Shown in pieces: positions 17,931-27,548 of a stretch of 53,929 nucleotides of DNA (positions are counted from its first letter, which is position 1; every line of letters starts with the position of its first letter). The position numbers and the translations under genes are program-made. This DNA comes from Nocardioidaceae bacterium (GTDB taxonomy: Bacteria > Actinomycetota > Actinomycetes > Propionibacteriales > Nocardioidaceae): contig JAWWPF010000032.1 of the NCBI GenBank assembly GCA_033850795.1, forward strand, positions 1-53,929, given 5' to 3'. The notes beneath the pieces are model-generated. The model was not told the origin of the DNA and made no database searches. It saw nothing but the letters and a program-made list of their open reading frames with translations.

Positions 17931-18728
17931 TCATCGCACACCGTCCGGCAGGAGCTTGGCGAGGTTGCGGACCGCGCGGAGCTGGAGCTGCTTCACCGCG
18001 CCTGCCGAGCGCCCGAGCACCTTGGCCGTCTCCGCGATCGAGAGACCCTGCAGGAACCTCATGATCAGGCACTCCTGCTGCTCGTGCGGCAGCTCCTTGA
18101 GGGCTGCCAGCAGGGCGTCGTTGGTCAGGGCGGCCAGCACGGCGCTGTCCGGGCCCTCGGTCCAGCCGTCGTGCAGGGACATGTCCTCGGTGGTCTGCTC
18201 GAGGCGGGTCCGCCCCGCCTTGAAGTGGTCGGCGGTCAGGTTGCGGGCGATCGTGACGAGCCAGGCGCCGAAGTCCTTGCCCTGCCACCGGAAGGACCCC
18301 ATGCTCCGCAGGGCGCGCAGGAACGTCTCCGACGTCAGGTCCTCGGCCAGCTGGACCGACCCGACACGGTAGTAAATGAATCGATACACCGACAGGTGGT
18401 AGTGGTCGTAGAGGAGGCCGAACGCCTCGGCGTCACCGGACCGGGCGAGCTCCACGAGCGCGACGAGCCTGGTGTCGGCGGGCTCCGCGGACTGCGTGGA
18501 CCCGCGGGGCGCAGAGCCGGACGGGAACCCTTCGGACGACGGCCAAGACGGGTCCCTGGCCTCACCCGGGCGGTCCACCCCCACGGCTTCGGAGAGCAGC
18601 CACGGGGCAGCGGCGCCTCCGGGCCACGCGCCGGCCCCGGCTGCCGCGGGGAGGGCAGGGTCGAGCGCCAGACGGATCGCCAGCCTCAGCCTCGCCAGCC
18701 CGGCGCGCACATCCTGGTCCCGCGACAC
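17931..18728 (-). CDS. bldN: ECF sigma factor, BldN family, with N-terminal extension
   Basis: LVELARSGDAEAFGLLYDHY, AEDLTSETFLRAL, FGAWLVTIARNL, GAVKQLQLRAVRNLAKLLP. GTG start after GGGAGGGAG; same gene context as Streptomyces bldN. Confidence 0.85.
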   Translation of the reverse strand: MSRDQDVRAGLARLRLAIRLALDPALPAAAGAGAWPGGAAAPWLLSEAVGVDRPGEARDPSWPSSEGFPSGSAPRGSTQSAEPADTRLVALVELARSGDAEAFGLLYDHYHLSVYRFIYYRVGSVQLAEDLTSETFLRALRSMGSFRWQGKDFGAWLVTIARNLTADHFKAGRTRLEQTTEDMSLHDGWTEGPDSAVLAALTNDALLAALKELPHEQQECLIMRFLQGLSIAETAKVLGRSAGAVKQLQLRAVRNLAKLLPDGVR

Positions 18729-18800
18729 ATCGGACTCCCTCCCCGGACGCGCCGACGTCTGCCGACCCGCACCGGGTGCCATCCCCAGGTGATTCAGCCA

Positions 18801-18829
18801 AGACTAGGGGTGGCGCCGGGATCTGTGAA
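18801..18829 (-). promoter_or_regulatory. Putative housekeeping-sigma promoter of the bldN-like gene
   Basis: The minus strand reads TTCACA-N17-TAGTCT. Confidence 0.5.
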
Positions 18830-18831
18830 CC

Positions 18832-19698
18832 TCACCGGACCTTGCGGTGGATCGCCACGGCGGCCGCGACTGCTCCGGTGACGGCTCCGGCCAGCCCGGC
18901 GCCGAGGAGCCCGATCCGGGCCGCCTTGCGACCGGTGCGGTAGTCGCGGACCCGCCAGCCGTGCGCGCGGGCGTGGTCCCGGAGCCGGTTGTCCGGGTTG
19001 ATCACGACCGGGTCGCCCACCAGGTTCAGCATGGGGAGGTCGTTGTAGGAGTCGGAGTAGGCCGAGCACCGGCGCAGGTCGAGGCTCTCACGCTCGGCGA
19101 GCGCGGCCACCGCCTCGGCCTTGGCCTGCCCGTGCAGCATCTCGCCGACGAGACGGCCGGTATAGACACCGTCCACGTGCTCCGAGACCGTGCCGAGCGC
19201 CCCGGTCAGTCCGAGCCGGCCGGCGATGATCCGGGCGATCTCGATCGGAGCCGCCGTGACCAGCCAGACCCGCTGGCCCTGGTCGAGGTGCAGCTGGGCG
19301 AGTGCTCGAGTGCCGGGCCAGATGCGGTGCGCCATCGCCTCGTCGAAGATCTCCTCGGCAAGGTCCTCGAGCTCGCTGGCCCGGTGGCCCTTGATGAAGG
19401 CGAGCGCGGACGCCCGGGCCTCGGCCACGTGGTCCGGGTCCTCGACCCCGGCGAGCCGGAAGTAGGCCTGCTTCCAGGCCGCGCCCAGGATGTCGCGGGT
19501 GGTGAAGAACTCCCGCCGGTGGAGCCCTCGGGCCAGGTGGAAGATCGAGGCGCCCTGCATGATCGTGTTGTCGACGTCGAAGAAGGCCGCCGCCCCCGGG
19601 TCCGGCGGGACGGCGAGGGACGACTCCACCTCGGCCACCGCGGCGGCCGCCTCACCGGCGAGCGCGGACCGGCTCCGAAGGTCCTGTGGAGCAGCCAC
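18832..19698 (-). CDS. HAD-IB family hydrolase (SerB1/Rv0505c-like)
   Basis: FFDVDNT, LVTA, K, YSDSYNDLP, INPD; hydrophobic C-terminal tail. Confidence 0.9.
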   Translation of the reverse strand: MAAPQDLRSRSALAGEAAAAVAEVESSLAVPPDPGAAAFFDVDNTIMQGASIFHLARGLHRREFFTTRDILGAAWKQAYFRLAGVEDPDHVAEARASALAFIKGHRASELEDLAEEIFDEAMAHRIWPGTRALAQLHLDQGQRVWLVTAAPIEIARIIAGRLGLTGALGTVSEHVDGVYTGRLVGEMLHGQAKAEAVAALAERESLDLRRCSAYSDSYNDLPMLNLVGDPVVINPDNRLRDHARAHGWRVRDYRTGRKAARIGLLGAGLAGAVTGAVAAAVAIHRKVR

Positions 19699-19751
19699 AG
19701 CGTCACCCTAGTGCCCCGGGGCGGCGGTCGCCCTGTGCCACACTCGCGCGT

Positions 19752-21362
19752 GTGACGGTCCATCTCGCCGACCTCCTGTCGCGAGCGGCAACCGAGTCCG
19801 GCAGCCGTACGGCGCTCGTGGACGTCGTGTCGGGACGCCGGCTCACCTGGGCCGAGCTGGACCGGGAGGCGGACCTGGTCGCCCGCGGCCTGAACGCCAT
19901 GGGGCTGGTCGCGGGGTACCGAGTGGTGATCGCCATGGTGAACCGGGTCGAGCTGGTGGCCACCTACCTCGGCGCCCTCCGGGCCGGGCTGGTCGCCGTG
20001 CCGGTGAACCCGCGCTCGGCCACCGGCGAGCTGGTCCGGCTGCTCGCCGACTGCGGGGCCCGCGTGCTGGTGGCGGACACCTCGACGCTCACCACCGCGC
20101 GTCAGGCGGTCTCCGGTCTCGAGGACGCCCTGGCGGCAGCCGACGACGAGCTGCGCCGTACGACCGCCGTACCCCGGATCGTGGTCGTGTCCGCCCTGCC
20201 CCTCCCCGGGGAGACCTCCTACGAGCAGCTGCTGTCCGTCGCCGGCACGGAGGCCCCGGTGACCGTCGACGCGGAGCGGCTCGCGGTGCTGCTCTACACC
20301 AGCGGCACGTCGGGACGCCCACGAGCGGCGATGCTCAGCCACCGCGCCCTGCTCGCCAACGTCGAGCAGGTCGCGGCCATCCGCCCGCCTCTGATGACCC
20401 GGGACGACGTGGTCCTCGGGGTGCTGCCGCTGTTCCATGTCTACGGGCTCAACGCCGTGCTGGGGCAGGTCCTGCGCCAGCAGGCCAGGCTCGTGCTCGT
20501 CGACGGGTTCGACGTCGAGGGGTCCCTGGCGGTCACCGAGGACGAGGCCGTCACGGTGCTGCCGATCGCCCCACCGGTGTTCGGCTACTGGCGGGAGATG
20601 CCCGACCTGCGGGACCGGCTGGCGGGGGTGCGGCTGGTGGTGTCCGGGTCGGCGCCGCTGCCGCGCGAGCCGGTGCGGGCGTTCACCGAACGCACCGGCA
20701 TCGAGGTCCACCAGGGCTACGGGCTGACCGAGGCCGCGCCGGTGGTGACCTCGACGCTCTGCTCCAACCGCGGCGTCGCCGAGCTCACCGCCCTCGGCTC
20801 CGTCGGTGCTGCGCTGCCCGGGGTGGAGCTCCGTGTCACCGACGACGCGGGTCTCGCCCCCGAGGGCGAGGACACCGGGGAGGTCCAGGTCCGCGGCGCC
20901 AACCTGTTCAGCGGCTACTGGCCCGACGGAACCGGGGGCCCCGACCGGCAGGGCTGGTTCGCCACCGGCGACGTCGGCTTCGTCGACGACGAGGGCGACC
21001 TGTTCCTGGTGGACCGGCTCAAGGAGGTGGTGATCGTCTCCGGGTTCAACGTCTACCCGTCCGAGGTCGAGGACGTGGTCGCCGAGGTGGACGGGGTCGC
21101 CGAGGTCGCTGTCATCGGCACGTCCGACCCGAGGACCGGTGAGGCGGTGGCCGCCTACGTCAGGCCGGCGGCCGGATCGTCGTACGACGCGGAGGAGCTC
21201 GTGGAGCGGGTCCGTGAGCACTGCGCGGCCCGGCTGGCGCGCTTCAAGCGGCCGGCCGAAGTGCACGTCGTCGACGTCCTGCCCTACACCGCCACCGGCC
21301 AGGTGGCCAAGGGACGGCTGCGCGACGCCCGCCGGCACATCACCCCGGGGCTCCTCGAGTGA
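19752..21362 (+). CDS. Long-chain acyl-CoA ligase (ANL superfamily); A10 Lys replaced by Gln
   Basis: YTSGTSGRPR, PLFHVYG, GYGLTE, FATGD, DRLKE, GFNVYPSEVE, LPYTATGQV. Confidence 0.9.
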   Translation: MTVHLADLLSRAATESGSRTALVDVVSGRRLTWAELDREADLVARGLNAMGLVAGYRVVIAMVNRVELVATYLGALRAGLVAVPVNPRSATGELVRLLADCGARVLVADTSTLTTARQAVSGLEDALAAADDELRRTTAVPRIVVVSALPLPGETSYEQLLSVAGTEAPVTVDAERLAVLLYTSGTSGRPRAAMLSHRALLANVEQVAAIRPPLMTRDDVVLGVLPLFHVYGLNAVLGQVLRQQARLVLVDGFDVEGSLAVTEDEAVTVLPIAPPVFGYWREMPDLRDRLAGVRLVVSGSAPLPREPVRAFTERTGIEVHQGYGLTEAAPVVTSTLCSNRGVAELTALGSVGAALPGVELRVTDDAGLAPEGEDTGEVQVRGANLFSGYWPDGTGGPDRQGWFATGDVGFVDDEGDLFLVDRLKEVVIVSGFNVYPSEVEDVVAEVDGVAEVAVIGTSDPRTGEAVAAYVRPAAGSSYDAEELVERVREHCAARLARFKRPAEVHVVDVLPYTATGQVAKGRLRDARRHITPGLLE

Positions 21363-21604
21363 CGGCCCGGGTCGTGCTCTACTCCAAGCCCGGCTGTCAC
21401 CTCTGCGACGACGCCCGGGCGGTGGTCGCGCAGGTCTGCGTGGAGCTGGGGGAGACCTTCGAGGAGGTCGACATCACGGCCGGGCCGGAGGCCGACCGGC
21501 TGACCCGCGCCTACGGGGAGGAGATCCCGGTCACCTTCGTCGACGGGCAGCAGCACGACTTCTGGCGCGTCGACCCGGACCGGCTGCGCTCCGCCCTCAC
21601 CTGA
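21359..21604 (+). CDS. Glutaredoxin-like protein (DUF836, Rv0508-like)
   Basis: YSKPGCHLC, EIPV. Confidence 0.9.
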   Translation: MTARVVLYSKPGCHLCDDARAVVAQVCVELGETFEEVDITAGPEADRLTRAYGEEIPVTFVDGQQHDFWRVDPDRLRSALT

Positions 21605-21695
21605 GAGGCAACCGCCTCTCCCGCGCGGGATCGCCTCTTCTCACCCCTGGGCGGCGTGACACCGGTCACCTGTGCTAGTGCCCGAAGCGCTCGGT

Positions 21696-21713
21696 TTGTT
21701 CTCCGGTTCACAA
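21696..21713. promoter_or_regulatory. Rex operator upstream of rex-hem
   Basis: TTGTTCTCCGGTTCACAA versus the consensus TTGTGAA-N4-TTCACAA (right half perfect), next to the -10-like TAGAGT at 21719-21724. Confidence 0.7.
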
Positions 21714-21834
21714 AATCCTAGAGTGAGTTCGCTGCCGAGTGGACCGGTCCCGAGTCGAACGCACAGTGGGGCGCAGAGTCGGGCACACGGGCCGCCGCAG
21801 CTGACCAGAGCGTGTCCAGGACGTCAGGAGCAGT

Positions 21835-22602
21835 GTGACCTCGCCGCGTACCGCCCGGAACGGGACCCCGACCCAGGGGGCGGCCGGGGTGACGTCCGAG
21901 CGGGCATCCGAACGGTCCGATCGGGGCATCCCCGAGGCGACCGTGGCCCGGCTGCCGATCTACCTGCGCGCCCTTGTCGGGCTCTCCGAGCGCGGCACCG
22001 CCACCTGCTCGAGCGAGGAGCTGGCCACCGCCGCAGGCGTCAACAGCGCCAAGCTCCGCAAGGACCTCTCCTACCTCGGCTCCTACGGGACCCGTGGTGT
22101 CGGGTACGACGTGGAGTACCTCCGATACCAGATCGCCCGTGAGATCGGCGTCACCCAGGACTGGCCGGTCGTCATCGTCGGCATCGGCAACCTCGGGCAC
22201 GCGCTGGCCAACTACAGCGGCTTCTCGTCCCGCGGCTTCCGGATCGTCGCGCTGCTCGACGCGGACCCGCGGCGCCAGGGGGAGCGGGTGAGCGGGCTCG
22301 GGATCCGGGCCTTCGACGAGGTCGAGTCCCTGGTGGCCGAGCACTCGGTCGCGATCGGGGTGATCGCGACCCCGGCGGTCGCCGCCCAGGACGTGTGCGA
22401 CCGCCTGGTTGCCGCAGGCGTCACGAGCATCCTCAACTTCGCCCCGACGGTCCTCTCGGCGCCCGCCGGGGTGGACGTGCGCAAGGTCGACCTCTCGATC
22501 GAGCTGCAGATCCTCGCGTACCACCAGCAGCGCAAGGCGCCGGTCGAGCCGGCCCGGTCCATGGCCGGACCCGTGGCGCTGGACGGGGTGGTGGGCGCAT
22601 GA
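21835..22602 (+). CDS. rex: Redox-sensing repressor Rex
   Basis: IPEATVARLPIYLR, LRKDLSYLGSYGTRGVGY, GIGNLGHALANY, ILNFAP. The start could be GTG 21835 or 21889. Confidence 0.96.
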   Translation: MTSPRTARNGTPTQGAAGVTSERASERSDRGIPEATVARLPIYLRALVGLSERGTATCSSEELATAAGVNSAKLRKDLSYLGSYGTRGVGYDVEYLRYQIAREIGVTQDWPVVIVGIGNLGHALANYSGFSSRGFRIVALLDADPRRQGERVSGLGIRAFDEVESLVAEHSVAIGVIATPAVAAQDVCDRLVAAGVTSILNFAPTVLSAPAGVDVRKVDLSIELQILAYHQQRKAPVEPARSMAGPVALDGVVGA

Positions 22603-23891
22603 GCGTGCTGGTGGTGGGCGTGTCCCACAAGACGGCCCCGGTCTCCGTGCTCGAGCGGCTGACCCTCGGCCCGGGCGGCGCGGACAAGCTGGTGCACGAG
22701 GTGGCCGGCTGTGACCACGTGCTCGAGGCGACGGTGCTGGCCACCTGCAACCGGGTGGAGATCTACGCCGAGGTGGACCGGTTCCACGGCAGTGTCGAGT
22801 CGGTCTCGCGGCTGCTCTGCGAGCTCGCCGACGAGGCTCCCGAGGACGTCGTGCCGCATCTGTACGTGCACTACGACGACGGCGCCGTCTCGCACCTGTT
22901 CCACGTCGCCTCCGGCCTGGACTCGATGGTCGTGGGGGAGGGCCAGATCCTCGGTCAGGTCCGTGAGGGGCTCCGCGTGGGGCAGGAGGCCGGCACCCTC
23001 GGTCCGGCCTTGAACGTCCTGCTGCAGCAGGCCCTGCGGGTCGGCAAGCGGGTGCACGCGGAGACCGACATCGACCACGCCGCTCCCTCACTGGTCGGCC
23101 TGGCCCTGGACCGGGCGGCGGCCGAGGTGGGTCCGGTGGCAGGGGCGCGCGTGCTGGTGGTCGGCGCCGGCTCGATGGCTGGCCTCGCGGTCGCGACCGT
23201 CTCGCGTCTCGGTGCCGGTGAGGTCGTCGTGGCCAGCCGGACGCAGGCGCACGCCCGTCGGCTCGCCGAGCAGTACGGCGGACGCGAGGTCCCGCTCGCC
23301 GACGTGGGAGAGGCGCTGTCGGAGGCCGACGTGCTGGTGTCCTGCACCGGCGCGACCGGTGTCGTCCTGCCCCTGGCGACGGTCGCCGCCGCCCGGGCCG
23401 GCACCACCGAGCCGCTCGCGGTGATCGACCTGGCCCTCCCGCACGACGTCGACCCGGCGGTCGCCGAGCTGCCCGGCGTGACGCTGTTCGACCTGGCCCG
23501 GCTCGCCGAGGTGGTCAACCGGGACGAGGCGGGCGACGTGCAGGCGGTCCGTGACATCGTCACCCAGGAGATCACCGCGTTCCTCGCCGCCCGCAGCTCC
23601 GCGACCGTGACCCCGACCGTGGTCGCCCTGCGCACCATGGCCACCGGCATCGTCGAGGCCGAGATGCTGCGGCTGTCCGCGCGGCTGCCGGACCTCGACC
23701 CCGCAGTGCGCGACGAGGTCGAGCACGCCGTGCGCCGGGTCGCCGACAAGCTGCTCCACCAGCCGACGGTGCGGGTCAAGGAGCTCGCAAACGAGACGGG
23801 GGCGGTCTCCTACGCGACCGCGCTCGCCGAGCTGTTCTCGCTCGACCCCGACGCCGTGGTGGCGATGACCCGGGCGGAGGGACTGCGATGA
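22599..23891 (+). CDS. hemA: Glutamyl-tRNA reductase
   Basis: GVSHKTAP, TCNRVE, SGLDSMVVGEGQILGQ, GAGSM, DLALPHD. Confidence 0.97.
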   Translation: MSVLVVGVSHKTAPVSVLERLTLGPGGADKLVHEVAGCDHVLEATVLATCNRVEIYAEVDRFHGSVESVSRLLCELADEAPEDVVPHLYVHYDDGAVSHLFHVASGLDSMVVGEGQILGQVREGLRVGQEAGTLGPALNVLLQQALRVGKRVHAETDIDHAAPSLVGLALDRAAAEVGPVAGARVLVVGAGSMAGLAVATVSRLGAGEVVVASRTQAHARRLAEQYGGREVPLADVGEALSEADVLVSCTGATGVVLPLATVAAARAGTTEPLAVIDLALPHDVDPAVAELPGVTLFDLARLAEVVNRDEAGDVQAVRDIVTQEITAFLAARSSATVTPTVVALRTMATGIVEAEMLRLSARLPDLDPAVRDEVEHAVRRVADKLLHQPTVRVKELANETGAVSYATALAELFSLDPDAVVAMTRAEGLR

Positions 23892-24823
23892 GCCTGCCCC
23901 CGGTCCGCGTCGGCACCCGTGCGTCCACGCTGGCCCGGACCCAGTCCGGCCACGTGGCCCAGGCCCTGCGCGAGCGCCTCGGCCGTGAGGTCGTGATGGT
24001 GGAGGTCACCACCGAAGGCGACGTGTCCCGCGCCCCGCTCGCCGCCATCGGAGGAACCGGGGTCTTCGTCGGCGCCCTGCGCGACGCGCTGCTCCGCGGC
24101 GAGGTCGACATCGCGGTGCACTCCCTGAAGGACCTGCCCACGAGCCCGCACCCGGACATCGCCGTGGCCGCCGTACCCCTGCGGGAGGACCCGCGTGACG
24201 TGGTCGTCGCGCGCGACGGGCTCACCCTGGGTGAGCTGCCGGCCGGCGCCCGCGTCGGCACCGGCTCACCGCGCCGGGCCGCCCAGCTCCGGGCGCTGGG
24301 ACTCGGTTTCGACGTGGTCGCGATCCGTGGCAACGTGGACACCCGCATCCGGAAGGTGGCGACCGGCGAGGTGGACGCGGTGGTGCTGGCCCGGGCCGGC
24401 ATCGCCCGGCTGGGACGGATGGACGAGGTGACCGAGGTGCTCGACCCGCTGCAGATGCTCCCGGCCCCGGGCCAGGGCGCGCTCGCGGTCGAGTGCCGGG
24501 GCGTGGACACCGATCTGGAGGCCGAGGTGCGCGCCGCCATCGACGATGCCCGGACCCGCACCGCCGTCACCGCCGAGCGTGCGGTGCTCGCCGGCCTCGA
24601 GGCCGGCTGCTCGGCACCCGTCGGCGCGCTCGCCGAGATCGCGGAGGGCGACGCCGGTGACGAGCTGTGGCTGCGGGCGGTGGCGCTGTCGGGGGACGGG
24701 TCGGCGACCGTACGCCGGTCCGCGACCGGGTCTCCGCAGCAGGCCGAGAAGGTCGGCCGGGACCTCGCGCAGGAGATGTTGGAGGACGGGGCTTCGGACC
24801 TCATCGAGGAGCAGGCGTCATGA
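23888..24823 (+). CDS. hemC: Hydroxymethylbilane synthase
   Basis: GTRASTLA, VHSLKD, GTGSPRR, RGNVDTR, PAPGQGAL, GCSAP. Confidence 0.97.
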   Translation: MSLPPVRVGTRASTLARTQSGHVAQALRERLGREVVMVEVTTEGDVSRAPLAAIGGTGVFVGALRDALLRGEVDIAVHSLKDLPTSPHPDIAVAAVPLREDPRDVVVARDGLTLGELPAGARVGTGSPRRAAQLRALGLGFDVVAIRGNVDTRIRKVATGEVDAVVLARAGIARLGRMDEVTEVLDPLQMLPAPGQGALAVECRGVDTDLEAEVRAAIDDARTRTAVTAERAVLAGLEAGCSAPVGALAEIAEGDAGDELWLRAVALSGDGSATVRRSATGSPQQAEKVGRDLAQEMLEDGASDLIEEQAS

Positions 24824-26565
24824 CCAGCAGCAAGAAGGCAGACCCCATGACCAGTAGCAAGAAGGCGACCGTGAGCGAGACGGCAATGAACAGCCCCAAG
24901 GCGACGACCGGCGAGCGAGGCGCCAAGAAGACCTCGGCGGCCCGCAGCGGGGCGGCGCCGGCCGAGGCCACCGTGAAGTCGGCACTGCCGGTCGGCTTCG
25001 TCTCGTTCGTGGGCAGCGGGCCGGGTGACCCCGAGCTGCTCACGCTGCGGGCCGTCGACCTCCTCCGCTCGGCGGAGGTGGTGGTCATCGAGGCCCCCGA
25101 GCACGCGGCCCTGGTGGAGGCGTTCTGCACCGGCGCCGAGGTCGTCGACGGCGGGTTCGGGCTCGACGGGCAGCCCCTGACCCACGCCGGTCGGGCCAAG
25201 GTCCTGGTCAAGCAGGCCAAGACCGGCCGCCGGGTGGTCCGGCTGATGGCCGGCGACCCGTTCGTCTACGCATCGGGTCCGGAGGAGGCGCAGGCCTGCG
25301 TCAAGGCCGGCGTCGGCTTCGAGATCGTCCCAGGGGTGTCGTCGGTGACGGCGGTGCCCGCGTACGCCGGGGTCCCGCTGACCACCAAGGCGCACCGCGA
25401 GGTCGCGGTCGTGCACTGCTCGGACGGCAAGGTCGTCTGGAGCCAGTACGCCGACGACCGCACCCTGGTGCTGCTGTCCGCGGTGGCCTGCATCGGCGAG
25501 GTGGCCGCGGCGCTCATCGAGGCGGGCCGCAGTGCGGACACCCCGGTGGCGATGACCCGCGTGGGCACCACCACCGAGCAGGAGACCGTCGTGTCCACGC
25601 TGAGCCGGATCGAGGCCGACTCCCGGGCGGCGGGGATGACGCCGCCCGCGGTGACCGTCATCGGGGACGTCGTGGACCTGCGCACGGCGCTGTCCTGGTT
25701 CGAGACCAAGCCGCTGTTCGGCTGGCGGGTGCTCGTCCCGCGGACCAAGGACCAGGCCGGCGCGCTGTCCAGCCGGCTGCGCAGCTTCGGCTCGGTGCCC
25801 GAGGAGGTGCCGACCATCTCCGTGGAGCCGCCGCGCAACCCTCAGCAGATGGACAAGGCGATCCGCGGCCTGGTCGAGGGCCGCTACGAGTGGGTGGCGT
25901 TCACCTCGGTCAACGCCGTCAAGGCGGTGCGGGAGAAGTTCGACGAGTACGGCCTCGACGCCCGCGCCTTCTCCGGCCTCAAGATCGCCGCGGTCGGTGA
26001 GAAGACCGCCGCCGCGATGGAGGCCTGGGGGCTGCGCGCGGACCTGGTGCCCTCGGGCGAGCAGTCGGCCCAGGGGCTGCTCGAGGACTGGCCGCCGTAC
26101 GACGACCTGCTGGACCCGATCAACAGGGTCTTCCTGCCTCGCGCGGACATCGCCACCGAGACCCTGGTCGCCGGGCTGCTCGATCTCGGGTGGGAGGTCG
26201 ACGACGTGACGGCCTACCGGACCGTGCGCGCCGCCCCGCCGCCGGCCGCGGTGCGCGAGGCGATCAAGACCGGCAAGTTCGACGCGGTCGTGTTCACCTC
26301 GTCCTCGACGGTCCGCAACCTGGTCGGGATCGCCGGCAAGCCGCACGCCAGCACGATCATCGCGGTGATCGGCCCGGCGACGGCCAAGACCGCCGAGGAG
26401 CACGGCCTGCGGGTCGACGTGCTCGCGCCGACGCCGTCGGTGGAGGCACTCGTCGACGCGCTCGCCGACTTCGGCGCCGCCCGCCGGGCCGCGATGATCG
26501 AGGCCGGGCACCCGGTCACCAGGCCGTCCGAGCGTCGTCCCTCCGCGCGCCGCAGGGCCACCTGA
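24820..26565 (+). CDS. hemD: Fused uroporphyrinogen-III C-methyltransferase-like/uroporphyrinogen-III synthase
   Basis: [25 protein letters not shown], then FTSVNAV, AYRT, FTSSSTV, IGPATA. Confidence 0.95.
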   Translation: MTSSKKADPMTSSKKATVSETAMNSPKATTGERGAKKTSAARSGAAPAEATVKSALPVGFVSFVGSGPGDPELLTLRAVDLLRSAEVVVIEAPEHAALVEAFCTGAEVVDGGFGLDGQPLTHAGRAKVLVKQAKTGRRVVRLMAGDPFVYASGPEEAQACVKAGVGFEIVPGVSSVTAVPAYAGVPLTTKAHREVAVVHCSDGKVVWSQYADDRTLVLLSAVACIGEVAAALIEAGRSADTPVAMTRVGTTTEQETVVSTLSRIEADSRAAGMTPPAVTVIGDVVDLRTALSWFETKPLFGWRVLVPRTKDQAGALSSRLRSFGSVPEEVPTISVEPPRNPQQMDKAIRGLVEGRYEWVAFTSVNAVKAVREKFDEYGLDARAFSGLKIAAVGEKTAAAMEAWGLRADLVPSGEQSAQGLLEDWPPYDDLLDPINRVFLPRADIATETLVAGLLDLGWEVDDVTAYRTVRAAPPPAAVREAIKTGKFDAVVFTSSSTVRNLVGIAGKPHASTIIAVIGPATAKTAEEHGLRVDVLAPTPSVEALVDALADFGAARRAAMIEAGHPVTRPSERRPSARRRAT

Positions 26566-27548
26566 TGGGGTACCCGTCGGTCCGGCCGCGGCGGCTGCGC
26601 CGTACGCCCGCGCTGCGCAGGCTGGTGGGGGAGACGTCGCTCGAGGCGCGTCAGCTCGTGCTGCCGGTCTTCGTCCGCGAGGGTGCCACCGAGCCGACGC
26701 CCATCACCAGCATGCCGGGCGTCGTGCAGCAGACCCGCGACTCGCTGCGCAAGGCCGTCTCGGAGGCCGCCGAGCTCGGCCTGGGCGGGGTGATGCTCTT
26801 CGCGATCCCGGAGTCCAAGGACGCCCGCGGCAGCGGGGCGGTGGACCCGGAGGGGATCCTCAACGTGGCCATCGCCGACTGCGTCGCGGAGGTCGGGGAC
26901 GCGCTGCCGGTGATGGCAGACCTGTGCCTGGACGAGTTCACCGACCACGGCCACTGCGGGGTTCTCACGGAGTCCGGTGCCGTCGACAACGACGCGACGC
27001 TGGAGATCTACGCCGAGATGGCGCTGGCGCAGGCCGCCGCCGGGGTCGACCTGGTCGGGCCCAGCGGCATGATGGACGGCCAGGTCGGGGTGGTCCGGTC
27101 CGCTCTCGACGGCGCCGGGCACACCGATGTCGCGATCCTCGCCTACTCGGCGAAGTACGCCTCGGCGTTCTACGGGCCCTTCCGCGAGGCGGTGGACTCC
27201 TCGCTGCAGGGGGACCGGCGCACCTACCAGCAGGACGGCGCCAACGTCCTCGAGGGCGTCCGCGAGGCGCTCCTCGACGTGGAGGAGGGCGCCGACCTGG
27301 TGATGGTGAAGCCGGCGCTGGCCTACCTCGACGTGGTCCGGGCGGTCCGCGAGGCCGTGCGCGTGCCGGTCGCGGCCTACAACATCTCCGGCGAGTACGC
27401 CATGGTCGAGGCCGCGGCGGCGAACGGCTGGATCGACCGCGACGCGGCCATCCTGGAGACTCTGACCTCGATCCGTCGCGCCGGCGCAGACGTCGTGCTG
27501 ACCTACTGGGCTGCCGAGGTGGCCGCCAGGCTGCGGACCGCGTGGTGA
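26565..27548 (+). CDS. hemB: Porphobilinogen synthase
   Basis: [40 protein letters not shown]. Confidence 0.97.
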   Translation: MGYPSVRPRRLRRTPALRRLVGETSLEARQLVLPVFVREGATEPTPITSMPGVVQQTRDSLRKAVSEAAELGLGGVMLFAIPESKDARGSGAVDPEGILNVAIADCVAEVGDALPVMADLCLDEFTDHGHCGVLTESGAVDNDATLEIYAEMALAQAAAGVDLVGPSGMMDGQVGVVRSALDGAGHTDVAILAYSAKYASAFYGPFREAVDSSLQGDRRTYQQDGANVLEGVREALLDVEEGADLVMVKPALAYLDVVRAVREAVRVPVAAYNISGEYAMVEAAAANGWIDRDAAILETLTSIRRAGADVVLTYWAAEVAARLRTAW

